A stretch of 64,000 bases of DNA from an uncultured Clostridiaceae bacterium (GTDB lineage: Bacteria; Bacillota_I; Bacilli_A; RFN20; CAG-288): the NCBI GenBank assembly GCA_964427595.1, contig CAYRUQ010000001.1, forward strand, positions 4,690 to 68,689. Direction: 5' to 3'. How positions within the stretch are numbered: position 1 is the first letter of the stretch; each line of letters begins with the position of its first letter. Below the pieces are notes generated by a model that searched no databases, was not told the DNA's origin, and saw only the letters and a program-made list of their open reading frames with translations. Shown piece by piece: positions 8,751 through 18,287 of the stretch. A program made the position numbers and the translations under genes.

Positions 8751-10994
8751 TTATAGGAAGAACATAAGTTGAAGACTGTTGTAATAAGTGTTGGTACTGA
8801 TAGTGAGATTTATATTGTCTTTCACATATCTACCAAATCCATCATCTTCTCGACTTGTCGTACAATTGAATCCTGCTTCTATGAGCATATCACCATAGGT
8901 ATTACCAAACTCAGCCATGTCAGCTTTTGAAGAGAAATACTCAGCAACAGGTAAGTAAATGGTAGAGAGATTACTTTCATACCAATCACCCCAGGGATGA
9001 TCTTCGTCATAGTAGAAAGGAATGACTTCATCAGGATCGATATCGAATTTAGTAGCAAGAGCATCATAGAAACCGGTATTGAATTCAGACCATTTAGTAA
9101 TTGCAGAAGAAGAGAAGTCCTCATATGTGCTTAAGTCATAGGAAGCTTGAGTTATTCCGATGTTGGTGATAGTAGTAGTAGCTGTTCCTTGGAATGAATA
9201 GATGTCATACCAATCGTAAGAGATGACAACACTGTCAGTGTTGATCGTGATATCAAGACTTCCATCAACGATATAATCGATATAGTAATCATCGATGATA
9301 GCATCCGCTGCTAAACGATAGGCGTAATCATAAAGGCTATAGATGTCTCTGAGCGTGTAGGTTGAAGAACCATAAATGCTGAATAAATCAGCAGAGATAT
9401 CGAAGGCAGGAAGAACATCATCGAGAGTCTGACCTTCAATCGGATAACCATTTCTACCTTTTAAAGTAGCGGTTCCGTCACTACCAACATTGACATCGAA
9501 GAGAGTTAATCCGTTATCAGTCTCAAGATAACCATAAGGATATCCACCCTCTTCAGTGATGATCACACCATTTCCAAAAGCTTCATAAGTAGCATTAACA
9601 TTGGAATACCAGTTGTGAGTGATCTCAATATTAGCTGTGTAGTTGTGATTTTGAAGACTCTTAAGAACCCAATCTAAACTGCTGGTATCAAAGCTGGCAG
9701 TGATAGGTTGAACAGCGCTGATTTCATCGTAAGAGACTGTCTCTAAACTGACGTGCTCATAATACTCGGTGGTCGAACCATTCATCGTACCAGTGTGAGT
9801 GGAATAAAGATCGATACCACTGACATCTCCAGCAGCATCAACATTGATGTAGAGATAATCGACAGGTGCTGAATAACGAGTGAAGTATAAAGTGAAGTAT
9901 TGAGAAAGAGTGTCCTCTTTGATGTTAAGAAGGAATCTATCATCATCAACTCTTTCAAAGTCACTTTCAGTGACGTCTTCAAACGGGTTGTAGTAATTAT
10001 CATAGAAATCGGTACCGGTGTCAGTTAAAACAACTTCGTTTGAATAGTTCAAAACGGCAGAGTAGGCGTTTCCGTCACTGCCTCTTCTATAATCAACATG
10101 ATTCTTTTCAGTACCATCATCAGCGAAGCAAGAATCTAAGAAATATTGATCACTAGAGACATAAAGCTCCTGATCGAAGATAGTCTCATCATAGAAGCTT
10201 CCTCCCCACCAACGAGCGACAGTATAAGTGCCCTTGAAGGCGATACCATCTTGAAGTTGATAGAGAATATTACTAAGAACGCTATTTTCACTCTTAGTTG
10301 TAACATCAAGACTGACAGCATCTGATGCATAAAGATCATCATGAGCTTTGATTCTGACTTCAACAGTGTGATCTTCGTTTTCAGAAAGACCAGTGAAGGT
10401 GTTGGAATCTTGCCACTGACCTCCGTCGATTCTATATTCACCATTTTCAACTTCAGTGACGACGACTTTAACATCGCTGGAAGCGAAAGTGACTTCTTCA
10501 GTCAAGACGCTCTTGAAGAGAGGTTCAACCAGTAAACCACCTTCTTCCATCTCAACTTGGATGATACCATCTCCATTTAAACCTAAATGTTCGACTCCGT
10601 TGACTTTAACACCAGCGGAGAGAACTCCATCTTCAGCTGTGCAGGTGACAGAGATGTTGATAGTTTCTCCAGCTTTAGCGATATCAGCGTCAACAGTGGC
10701 ATAACCATATCTAGAAGTTAAGATAGTGACACCATAATTGTTGTTAGTAGTAGGAGTCTCAGGACTTGAAGAAGAGTCTTGATCAGGAGAAGAACTAGAA
10801 TCAGTTACTGAAGAGTCATCAGCGGAAGAAGAATCTGAAGAAGTGGTAGTAGAAGAGTCGGTGACAGTGCCAGTTTGAACACTGCTATTATTTGTCGAAC
10901 TATCAGGTGTCGTAGAACTAGACTCGCTAGAGGTGCAAGAAGTCAAAAGAAGAGCTAAAGCACCCAAAGCGAGAAATAAATTTTTCTTTTTCAT
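8751..10994 (-). CDS. Surface lipoprotein, paralogue family member
   Basis: 747 aa. Lipobox LLTSC and a Ser/Thr/Asp-rich linker. The N-terminal Ig-like module and the EYRIDGGQWQ module are shared with the 591-aa neighbour. Confidence 0.7.
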   Translation of the reverse strand: MKKKNLFLALGALALLLTSCTSSESSSTTPDSSTNNSSVQTGTVTDSSTTTSSDSSSADDSSVTDSSSSPDQDSSSSPETPTTNNNYGVTILTSRYGYATVDADIAKAGETINISVTCTAEDGVLSAGVKVNGVEHLGLNGDGIIQVEMEEGGLLVEPLFKSVLTEEVTFASSDVKVVVTEVENGEYRIDGGQWQDSNTFTGLSENEDHTVEVRIKAHDDLYASDAVSLDVTTKSENSVLSNILYQLQDGIAFKGTYTVARWWGGSFYDETIFDQELYVSSDQYFLDSCFADDGTEKNHVDYRRGSDGNAYSAVLNYSNEVVLTDTGTDFYDNYYNPFEDVTESDFERVDDDRFLLNIKEDTLSQYFTLYFTRYSAPVDYLYINVDAAGDVSGIDLYSTHTGTMNGSTTEYYEHVSLETVSYDEISAVQPITASFDTSSLDWVLKSLQNHNYTANIEITHNWYSNVNATYEAFGNGVIITEEGGYPYGYLETDNGLTLFDVNVGSDGTATLKGRNGYPIEGQTLDDVLPAFDISADLFSIYGSSTYTLRDIYSLYDYAYRLAADAIIDDYYIDYIVDGSLDITINTDSVVISYDWYDIYSFQGTATTTITNIGITQASYDLSTYEDFSSSAITKWSEFNTGFYDALATKFDIDPDEVIPFYYDEDHPWGDWYESNLSTIYLPVAEYFSSKADMAEFGNTYGDMLIEAGFNCTTSREDDGFGRYVKDNINLTISTNTYYNSLQLMFFL

Positions 10995-11013
10995 TGTCGA
11001 TGTCCTCTCTTTC

Positions 11014-12789
11014 TCATACTTCTGTTAAAGCGTAGTCACTATAAGGGAACTCTGCTGTTCCAACAGATACATCAACAGTGACTGTTCCATAGGTACCAGA
11101 ACTAGAATCAGTGTATGTGTAGGTGAAAACAGCGCCCTCATCAGTTAAGACGATGTCGAGAGAATCATCATCGATATATAAAGCTTGAGAGGTGTTTTGA
11201 GCTAAGACATCAGGAAGGGTGTAATCAGCATAGTTATAGAAGAGTGAACTATTTCTTAAGTGATAGGAATTTGTGCCGGTGACTTCAAAGACTTCCGGAG
11301 CAAAATCAAAGGTAGGTGAATAAAGGGAAAGCGTGACATTTTGAAGCGGATAACCACTTGAATACTCAAGAGTTTGATCAGTTTTATTGACAGTGAAACG
11401 ATAGAACCCATTCTCGTTTTGTAACATACCGGTCTCAGTACCATCAGAGAGGATCTCAAGAGCGGTATCAGGAGTGACGATCAATGTCGTTTCTTCAGCT
11501 GTTCCATTAGCGGGTTTGACAGTGATTTTAGAGACATAATTGCCCTCAGCTAAACCATCGAAGAGCTCTTGTAAAGCTTCGTGCTCAGGTTCCGTCTCAT
11601 AAGGAGATTCAACATCTCCTTCAACCTCATCGGCAGAGACAAAATCAGCATCATAAGTGATGGTGTACTTAAGACCGACTGTTGAAGTTGCGTAATAATA
11701 TCCTTCTAAATGAAGAGAAACAGGATTGTAATCATTATCAACTTCAACCACCAATTCAGAAGGAGTGATTCCAGAATCACCTAAAATCATGCTGGTAAAA
11801 ATAGTAGGTGAAGTAACTCTATCGAAATCGAGTGTTAAATAACGATAATCAGAAGAGACTGAGAAATAAGTGGATAAAACTTGGGTGAATGGATTGTAGA
11901 AAGAACTAGAAAATCCATCACCGACATATTGTTCAGAAAGTGTGTTTTGACGATCAACCATGTAAAGAACGATCGTATCTGCACTTCCTTTGTAATAGGT
12001 AAGTGAATCAGTCTCACCACCAGAGGTGAGATTCATAGTGTAACGGTTTGAAGTGATAGCGACTTCTAACTCGCCGCTTCCACTTCCATAATTGGAACCA
12101 TAGTAATCAGCATTGATCGTATAGGTTCCTTTGAGAGCTAAATCATTATCGACGATATTATCTAAAGCGGTGTCATTAACAGGTGATGCTAAGATAGTCT
12201 TAGAGAAGACTTCACTATCAAGGAGAGTATCTCCGTCGCCAGGCATATAGATGCTGACGACATAAGTACGATTAGGGATGAGAGTCTCGGAGAAGTTAGG
12301 TGATTCTTGCCACTCTCCCGAGAAGGTAGGAGTAGTCTGCCAATCGCCTTCTTCAATCTTATATAAACAACCATCAATTGCCTTGACTTTCATTGAATAA
12401 TAGTCAGCGATGACATAGAAATCAGATAGATCAGCGGCGAAGAGAGGTTGTACTGTGTTTCCTTCTTCAGCCATCGTTGTCGTAACTTGATTGTTTTCAT
12501 CCAAATCAAGCGTTTCACCATTAACAACTAACTTGGCTGGTGCATACAAATCGTCGTAAGAATAAACGGTGTACGTGATCTCAGAGTCAGGTAAGGCTGA
12601 AGCCACAGAAGGGACAACATAGCCATAAGGTGACTCTTGGATGGTGGTAGGGAGATACGTCTCAGAAACGGCATCTGTGTTGTCTGCCTGTTGGTTGTCG
12701 TTGTTGTTAACTAGGCCGGTTTGACAGCTTGTCAACGCTAGGGCAACTGTGCACAGACTAAACAGAGGTAAAAGGGATGCTTTTTTCAT
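11014..12789 (-). CDS. Surface lipoprotein, paralogue of 8751-10994
   Basis: The ORF track starts at 12831, but ATG 12789 (MKKASLLPLFSLCTVALALTSC) has an AAGGAGAA RBS and gives a canonical lipobox. 591 aa from that start. Confidence 0.7.
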   Translation of the reverse strand: MKKASLLPLFSLCTVALALTSCQTGLVNNNDNQQADNTDAVSETYLPTTIQESPYGYVVPSVASALPDSEITYTVYSYDDLYAPAKLVVNGETLDLDENNQVTTTMAEEGNTVQPLFAADLSDFYVIADYYSMKVKAIDGCLYKIEEGDWQTTPTFSGEWQESPNFSETLIPNRTYVVSIYMPGDGDTLLDSEVFSKTILASPVNDTALDNIVDNDLALKGTYTINADYYGSNYGSGSGELEVAITSNRYTMNLTSGGETDSLTYYKGSADTIVLYMVDRQNTLSEQYVGDGFSSSFYNPFTQVLSTYFSVSSDYRYLTLDFDRVTSPTIFTSMILGDSGITPSELVVEVDNDYNPVSLHLEGYYYATSTVGLKYTITYDADFVSADEVEGDVESPYETEPEHEALQELFDGLAEGNYVSKITVKPANGTAEETTLIVTPDTALEILSDGTETGMLQNENGFYRFTVNKTDQTLEYSSGYPLQNVTLSLYSPTFDFAPEVFEVTGTNSYHLRNSSLFYNYADYTLPDVLAQNTSQALYIDDDSLDIVLTDEGAVFTYTYTDSSSGTYGTVTVDVSVGTAEFPYSDYALTEV

Positions 12790-12816
12790 TTGTAGTTCTC
12801 CTTGTGCATTGCAAAA

Positions 12817-12845
12817 AGAATACCCCCCCAATGCCCTAAAAGCAA
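12817..12845 (-). promoter_or_regulatory. Candidate sigma70-type promoter TTGCTT-N17-TATTCT whose spacer contains a G7 tract
   Basis: The minus strand reads TTGCTT ttagggcatt GGGGGGG TATTCT. The -10 ends 27 nt upstream of ATG 12789. Confidence 0.45.
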
Positions 12846-13154
12846 CAGCCTAAAAAGTAGAAGAAAGCAAGTCTTTTTTTGATTAATTTCATCTCTTTTA
12901 AAACCTCTGAAAAAAGAACAAACACACAAAAAGGTTAAAAATTAACAAATTTTCTTGCTTTGTTCATAAAAATTAATAAGAAATCTATATATAAATAAGG
13001 TTAGAAGCCTTGTTTTTAGTTTTAGTTTCTTTCATCTCTATTTTCTTTGTTAAACCATATAAAACAAGGAAGTAAAGAAAATCAACTTTTTGATTGAAAC
13101 CGCTTGCACAGATTTTAATTCAGTCGCTTTGTTTACAAATTCATATATTTATTA

Positions 13155-13190
13155 CAAAAGAAAAACTCGGTCTGTTGAAGAACCGAGTTT
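13155..13190 (-). terminator. Rho-independent terminator after jag
   Basis: The minus strand reads AAACTCGGT-tcttcaacag-ACCGAGTTT followed by TTCTTTTG. Confidence 0.75.
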
Positions 13191-13204
13191 ATATCGCTTT
13201 GATT

Positions 13205-13807
13205 TTATTCGATGTATTGAATGGTGATGTGTCTTTTATGACCAGTACCTAATGACTGAGTCTTGATGTGCTCATATTTAGAGAGAGCTTGATGGACGAT
13301 TCTTCTCTCATCAGAGGTCATCGGATCCATGACGACAGTAATATGAGTTCTTAAGACTTCGTTAGCGAAGTGACGAGCCATAGAAGCATATTTATCATAC
13401 TTATTCTCTTTATAGCCATCGCAATTAAGTAAGATACGATAATGACCACCGAAACGATTGAAGCAAGCAGAGCGAGTCAGTTCATTGATCGAACGGAGGG
13501 TGTCTCCGTTTCTTCCGATGACATTCTTGTTGTGATTGCAGACGATATTGAGTTTGATAACTCCGTCTTCATATTTAGCTTCAGTAGATCCATAAAGACC
13601 TAAGACTTTAAGACAGCGTTTGATGTAATCATCAGCAAAGACGATGACATCGTTGATCGTATAGATACCGATAGTGACTGTTTTAGAGAAGAGAGTTTTC
13701 TTGATAGAGATGACTTGATATTTGAGATCTTTAGGATTGTCGATGCCGAGATCTTCACACGCTTTGCTAACTGCTTCTTCTTCTGTCTTACCTTCGTATT
13801 TATTCAT
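13205..13807 (-). CDS. jag: Jag/KhpB RNA-binding protein (Jag_N, KH, R3H)
   Basis: 200 aa. C-terminal R3H-type segment (MTSDERRIVHQALSKYEHIKTQSLGTGHKRHITI). Conserved position downstream of yidC. Confidence 0.85.
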   Translation of the reverse strand: MNKYEGKTEEEAVSKACEDLGIDNPKDLKYQVISIKKTLFSKTVTIGIYTINDVIVFADDYIKRCLKVLGLYGSTEAKYEDGVIKLNIVCNHNKNVIGRNGDTLRSINELTRSACFNRFGGHYRILLNCDGYKENKYDKYASMARHFANEVLRTHITVVMDPMTSDERRIVHQALSKYEHIKTQSLGTGHKRHITIQYIE

Positions 13808-13813
13808 GGGTTG

Positions 13814-15412
13814 TTACCTCCACAATGGTTTGTCAGATTTGCTCTTCTTTTCCTTCTTGTCAGCTTCTTTTTTAGAAGAACCTTGATGATGGGCACTTCT
13901 TCTTAAGGTGGCTAAGCTAGTTCCATCTCCGGTCATTGAGAGCATCTTATGACGGTGTTTCTTCTGGAAGAATTCGTTGAGTAAAGATTGAAGGATTGAG
14001 ATCAAAGCACCGGTGAACCAATAGATACCCATACCAGCCGGTAGTGACCAACCCATGATAATGATGACGACCATCATGAAATAGGTGACATACTTCATCG
14101 TCTTAGCTGGATTTGGTGCTCCATCAGTCGGTTTAAGGTTATTGCCAAACTTAGCGGTTCTCCAGTTGTTAAGCCACATACCTGTACAAGAAGAGAGAAT
14201 GTTAGCAAGCGTCATAAAGATGAAGATACAGATACCGGTCACCGCACCTGGTGTCGTACTAAAGGATGTGAAACAAGTAGAGACAGTCGTAGTCAGTGAT
14301 AATCCTAACCAACTCTCTTGTGCTAAAACCGCACTACCTTGCAGCGCTGACCAGACACATATGAATAATGGGAACTGCAAGATCATGAATATCAAAGGAA
14401 TAAAAGGATGAACTTTAGCTTCCTTCATCAATCTAGCTTGTTCCATCGCTAACGCTTGTTTCTGTTCTCTATCAGTAGCAGCGTTAGGATACTTAGCTTG
14501 GAGAGCGTTTATCTTAGGTTGAATCAGCTGTTGTTTAGCTGTTTGTTTACTCTGTAAGAAAGTGGAGATGATCGTGAAGATTCTGGCGATTAAAGTGACG
14601 ACGACGATCGCTAAAATCAAAGACCATCCATTGGAGTTAGGAATACCAGTTGAGATTTGATAAACGAGCCAAGAGAACGGATAGACGAAGAGACCTTCTA
14701 AGAATCCGTAATCTCTGAAAGCTTCTCCCCAACTCTTACCTTGGATATAAATGCTGGATCCACTTTGAGTAAAGACGCCACTTTCAGGGGTGATACAAGC
14801 TGTTGAAGTGACCATTGATGATGCATAACTTTGGAAAAGAGAAACGAAGTTTTCAGAAGGTACGACTAAGATTCCATACTCAGCTAATGCTTCTTCATAC
14901 CACTGGTTGTAGTTAGTCCAAATTTCAGAGACATATAATTCTCCGTCATCATCAGTTGAGATACCAGCATAGATACCGACATGCCAAGCGACATGCCAAG
15001 CTAAAACTTCATCTTCGATGTCATCTAAAGTTCCATCCATGAAGTAGGTGATGTTATCATCAGCGAAAGTCTTAGCTTTCGTATCCATGAAGGAATAGAA
15101 AGTCTTGGAAGGTAGGTTATATCCTGCGCTCTCTAAATAGGTGTAGATAGTCTCACGATTCTCGTTTTGAGTATCGATATCGTAAGGCATCTCTTCTGCT
15201 AACTCTTCAGTGTAATAATCTCCGTAATTCTCTTCTTCAGTGATATCTACGGAGTCATTAAAAATATTGCCGAGAGCTGCGAAGAGCTGATTGGCTTGAT
15301 CTTGATTGGTGCAGAATGAATTTGTACATCCAGATAAAGAGAAAATAGCGATGAAGGCTGCAAAGGCCATCACGATGCGCTTGATCCACTTATGATTGTG
15401 ATGTTTTCTCAT
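13814..15412 (-). CDS. yidC: YidC/Oxa1-family membrane protein insertase, long lipoprotein form
   Basis: 532 aa. Lipobox LSGC, about 230 aa extracytoplasmic domain, conserved core (QPKINALQAKYPN...EQARLMKEAKVHPF) and a basic C-terminal tail. Follows rnpA. Confidence 0.85.
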   Translation of the reverse strand: MRKHHNHKWIKRIVMAFAAFIAIFSLSGCTNSFCTNQDQANQLFAALGNIFNDSVDITEEENYGDYYTEELAEEMPYDIDTQNENRETIYTYLESAGYNLPSKTFYSFMDTKAKTFADDNITYFMDGTLDDIEDEVLAWHVAWHVGIYAGISTDDDGELYVSEIWTNYNQWYEEALAEYGILVVPSENFVSLFQSYASSMVTSTACITPESGVFTQSGSSIYIQGKSWGEAFRDYGFLEGLFVYPFSWLVYQISTGIPNSNGWSLILAIVVVTLIARIFTIISTFLQSKQTAKQQLIQPKINALQAKYPNAATDREQKQALAMEQARLMKEAKVHPFIPLIFMILQFPLFICVWSALQGSAVLAQESWLGLSLTTTVSTCFTSFSTTPGAVTGICIFIFMTLANILSSCTGMWLNNWRTAKFGNNLKPTDGAPNPAKTMKYVTYFMMVVIIIMGWSLPAGMGIYWFTGALISILQSLLNEFFQKKHRHKMLSMTGDGTSLATLRRSAHHQGSSKKEADKKEKKSKSDKPLWR

Positions 15413-15752
15413 GCGTTATCCTTTCACATGATAGATGTTGAAGAAAATGAATGAGCAACATGCTGTTTTCATTAAAGGTCTTTTTTTGGAAACCGCTTCT
15501 TGCGATGATCACTATATCAAATGGCTTTTGGAGAACATCACAGAGATTGACCATCGCTCTTAATTGTCTACGGATGCGAGCTCTAACGACAGCATTACCG
15601 ATTTTGCTAGAAACGGAGATGCCGATGCGAGCATGATTCATCTGGTTAGAAGCAAAGTAGACAGAGAAAGAATCATTCTTACCGGCACACTGTTTCTGAT
15701 CTAGCACTCTTTTGAAGTCCTCCGATTTCAACAATCTGAAGAACTTTTTCAT
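15390..15752 (-). CDS. rnpA: Ribonuclease P protein component
   Basis: 120 aa. LKSEDFKRV...RIGISVSSKIGNAVVRARIRRQLR matches the RnpA signature. Lies immediately downstream of rpmH. Confidence 0.9.
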   Translation of the reverse strand: MKKFFRLLKSEDFKRVLDQKQCAGKNDSFSVYFASNQMNHARIGISVSSKIGNAVVRARIRRQLRAMVNLCDVLQKPFDIVIIARSGFQKKTFNENSMLLIHFLQHLSCERITHEKTSQS

Positions 15753-15771
15753 GAATACCGAAAAACTCAGG

Positions 15772-15909
15772 TCAAGCCTGAGTCAAACGAGCTCTTCCTT
15801 TAGCTCTTCTTCTAGAAAGAACAGCTCTACCGCCTTTGGTAGCCATTCTGGCTCTGAATCCGCAAGTATGTGCTCTTTTAATTTTGCTGGGCTGATAAGT
15901 ACGTTTCAT
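15772..15909 (-). CDS. rpmH: 50S ribosomal protein L34
   Basis: [45 protein letters not shown], 45 aa. The ORF-track start at 15957 is an upstream extension. Confidence 0.95.
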   Translation of the reverse strand: MKRTYQPSKIKRAHTCGFRARMATKGGRAVLSRRRAKGRARLTQA

Positions 15910-16146
15910 CAGGTTTTCCTCCGATTGGTGATGCGCACAAAAAACGCATGTAGGCATATTATAGGCACATCGATTTTTTAAATCAATAAAAGTTTACTAG
16001 TCTTTAAATATAAAAATAAAAATCTATATATGCGTAAGAACTCTTATTTCCATCACTTCATGTTTTGTCAGTTTTACTAGAAAAATTTATAATAGATCCA
16101 TAGTTTCTTTGCTTTGTACTAGCCATTAAAAACAAAGCTTCAAAGG

Positions 16147-17508
16147 ATGAGTAATATGCTTGTTTTTGATACGATTGTCGCCTTAAGCACGCCACCTTAT
16201 AAAAGTGCCTTAGCTACTGTTAGACTCTCTGGTCCTAAATCCAAAGAGATGCTTTTAAAGTTGATTAAAAAAGATGAGAGCTCTCTAGTTCCTAACCAAG
16301 CTTTCTTTTCCAAGCTCTACTCTGATAAAGAAACCAACAAAGTCATCGATGAAGCTGTTGTCACTTACTATCAAGCTCCTCATTCTTATACTGGTTTTGA
16401 TTCAGTTGATTTCTCTCTTCATGGCTCTATGTTTGTCGTTGATGAATTGATTGATACTTTGGTAAAACTTGGAGTAAGAAGAGCGGAAAGAGGTGAGTTT
16501 TCTGCTCAAGCTTACTACAACGGAAAGATTGATCTTCTTAAAGCAGAAGGTGTCAATGATTTAATTAATGCAAGGAGTTCTCGTGCTAAAGAAATTGCTC
16601 TTTCAGCGATGAGTGGTAAAAACTCAAAGTTAATCAATGAACTGAAGATAAGACTATTAGAAGTCATATCAGAACTTGAATACTATGTCGAAGATCAATA
16701 CACAGAAGAAAAAGATGATTATGACGGTGAATTAGAGATAGCCAAATCTCAATTAGAGAATGAAATTGTTTTACTTGCCAAATTGGTTGATCAAACCGCT
16801 CAAGCTAATAGAGAATACAGAGGCATCGTCGTTGCTATCGCTGGTGAACCTAATGTTGGTAAGTCTACTTTATTAAATGCATTAATTGGGTCGGACAAAG
16901 CGATTGTCTCTCCTATACCTGGCACTACTAGAGATGTGGTAGAAGCACAAAAAGAATACAAAGGTATCCTTTTCAACTTCAAAGATACCGCTGGACTAAG
17001 AAAAACAGATGATTATGTTGAAAATCTCGGTATAGAAAGATCTTATAAAACAATCAAAGAAGCTGATATTGTTCTTCTTGTCTCTGATTGTGGATTTAAA
17101 GACATTGATGAAGACAAAGATCTTTCTCTTCTTTTAGAGACTAAACCTGTCATCAGAATCGCAAGTAAAAAAGATTTAGGCATATCCACAAATGAAGGTG
17201 ATATCTCTCTTTCAGCTTTAGAAGATGATCTTTCTGGTTTGATCGATTTTATCTTCACTAAGCTTGATATGACTGGAAAAGAAGAAGCTGAATTTTTAGG
17301 AGAGAGGGAAGAAGATTATTTAAGAAGGATAAAAGAGACCCTTACTGAAGCTTCTTTAGCTATCGATGAGACTAAAATGATAGACATAGCTTCTGATAAA
17401 ATCAGAAAAGCTGTCGATCTTCTCAATGAGATGGCTGGTGCTTCTTCAAATAAAACAATGGAAGATATATACGAGACTTTATTCGCAAATTTCTGCTTAG
17501 GAAAATGA
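16147..17508 (+). CDS. mnmE: tRNA modification GTPase MnmE
   Basis: 453 aa. G1 motif GEPNVGKSTLLNAL, DTAG, and the C-terminal CLGK motif. ATG 16156 (the fourth codon) has better spacing to AAAGGA and may be the true start. Confidence 0.9.
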   Translation: MSNMLVFDTIVALSTPPYKSALATVRLSGPKSKEMLLKLIKKDESSLVPNQAFFSKLYSDKETNKVIDEAVVTYYQAPHSYTGFDSVDFSLHGSMFVVDELIDTLVKLGVRRAERGEFSAQAYYNGKIDLLKAEGVNDLINARSSRAKEIALSAMSGKNSKLINELKIRLLEVISELEYYVEDQYTEEKDDYDGELEIAKSQLENEIVLLAKLVDQTAQANREYRGIVVAIAGEPNVGKSTLLNALIGSDKAIVSPIPGTTRDVVEAQKEYKGILFNFKDTAGLRKTDDYVENLGIERSYKTIKEADIVLLVSDCGFKDIDEDKDLSLLLETKPVIRIASKKDLGISTNEGDISLSALEDDLSGLIDFIFTKLDMTGKEEAEFLGEREEDYLRRIKETLTEASLAIDETKMIDIASDKIRKAVDLLNEMAGASSNKTMEDIYETLFANFCLGK

Positions 17509-18287
17509 AAATTATCGATACCCATTCCCATCTTAATGATGGAAGATTCAAAAATGACATAGACGAAGTAGTCAAAAGAGCTTTATCAGCTGGCGTTGTC
17601 AAAGTTTACAACAATGCTGATAGTCTTCCTTCTTTTGATGACATTCTTTCTTTACAAAAGAGATATCCAACTTTCTTCCGATCAGTTTTAGGTATTCATC
17701 CTGAGTTTGCAAATAAGGATGATAATTACTTCTTAAAGGCGTATCAAAGGATAAAAGATAACCTGTCTACTATCTCTGCTATCGGAGAAATCGGTCTTGA
17801 TTATCACTATGACAAATCGCCAGAAACTAAAGAGAGACAAAAGAAAGTTTTTATCGAACAGATAAGACTGGCTAAAAGTCTTTCTCTTCCTATAATCATC
17901 CATTCTCGTGATGCCGATTTTGATACTTTAAACATCATCAAAGAAGAGAAACCAAATAAGATTGACCTTCATTGTTTCTCTGGTTCTTATGAGATTTATA
18001 AAGAATATATGAAACTTCCTATTCAAGTTTATTTTGGAATAGGAGGAGTAGTCACTTTTAAGAATTCTCGTGTTTTAAAAGAAATAGTTGAAAAAGGCGA
18101 TATAAGACACTTTTTAACTGAGACTGACGCTCCTTATTTAGCACCTACTCCTTATAGAGGTCAGAGGAATGAGCCATCATTAATCCCTTATGTTTTAGAG
18201 ACGATCAGTGAACTTAAAAACCTCTCTTTAGAAGAGACTTATGACATCATTTTTGAAAACGGAGAGAACTTCTATGGACAAGAGTGA
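17505..18287 (+). CDS. TatD-family metal-dependent hydrolase/DNase
   Basis: 260 aa. IDTHSHLND, EIGLDYHY, IIHSRDA and ETDAPYL motifs. ATGA overlap with mnmE. Confidence 0.85.
   Translation: MKIIDTHSHLNDGRFKNDIDEVVKRALSAGVVKVYNNADSLPSFDDILSLQKRYPTFFRSVLGIHPEFANKDDNYFLKAYQRIKDNLSTISAIGEIGLDYHYDKSPETKERQKKVFIEQIRLAKSLSLPIIIHSRDADFDTLNIIKEEKPNKIDLHCFSGSYEIYKEYMKLPIQVYFGIGGVVTFKNSRVLKEIVEKGDIRHFLTETDAPYLAPTPYRGQRNEPSLIPYVLETISELKNLSLEETYDIIFENGENFYGQE

Noticed and set aside
12790-12831. N-terminal extensions in the ORF track (12831, 27513, 21872, 55681, 34695, 18241, 59671, 15957)
   Set aside because: In each case an internal ATG a few codons downstream has a properly spaced AGGAG-type RBS and yields the canonical N-terminus (a lipobox signal peptide or a conserved start). 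The extensions overlap promoters or upstream genes.
15712-15981. 89-aa plus-strand ORF across rpmH/rnpA
   Set aside because: It is antisense to the highly conserved L34 gene and is Ser-rich and low-complexity. It is spurious.
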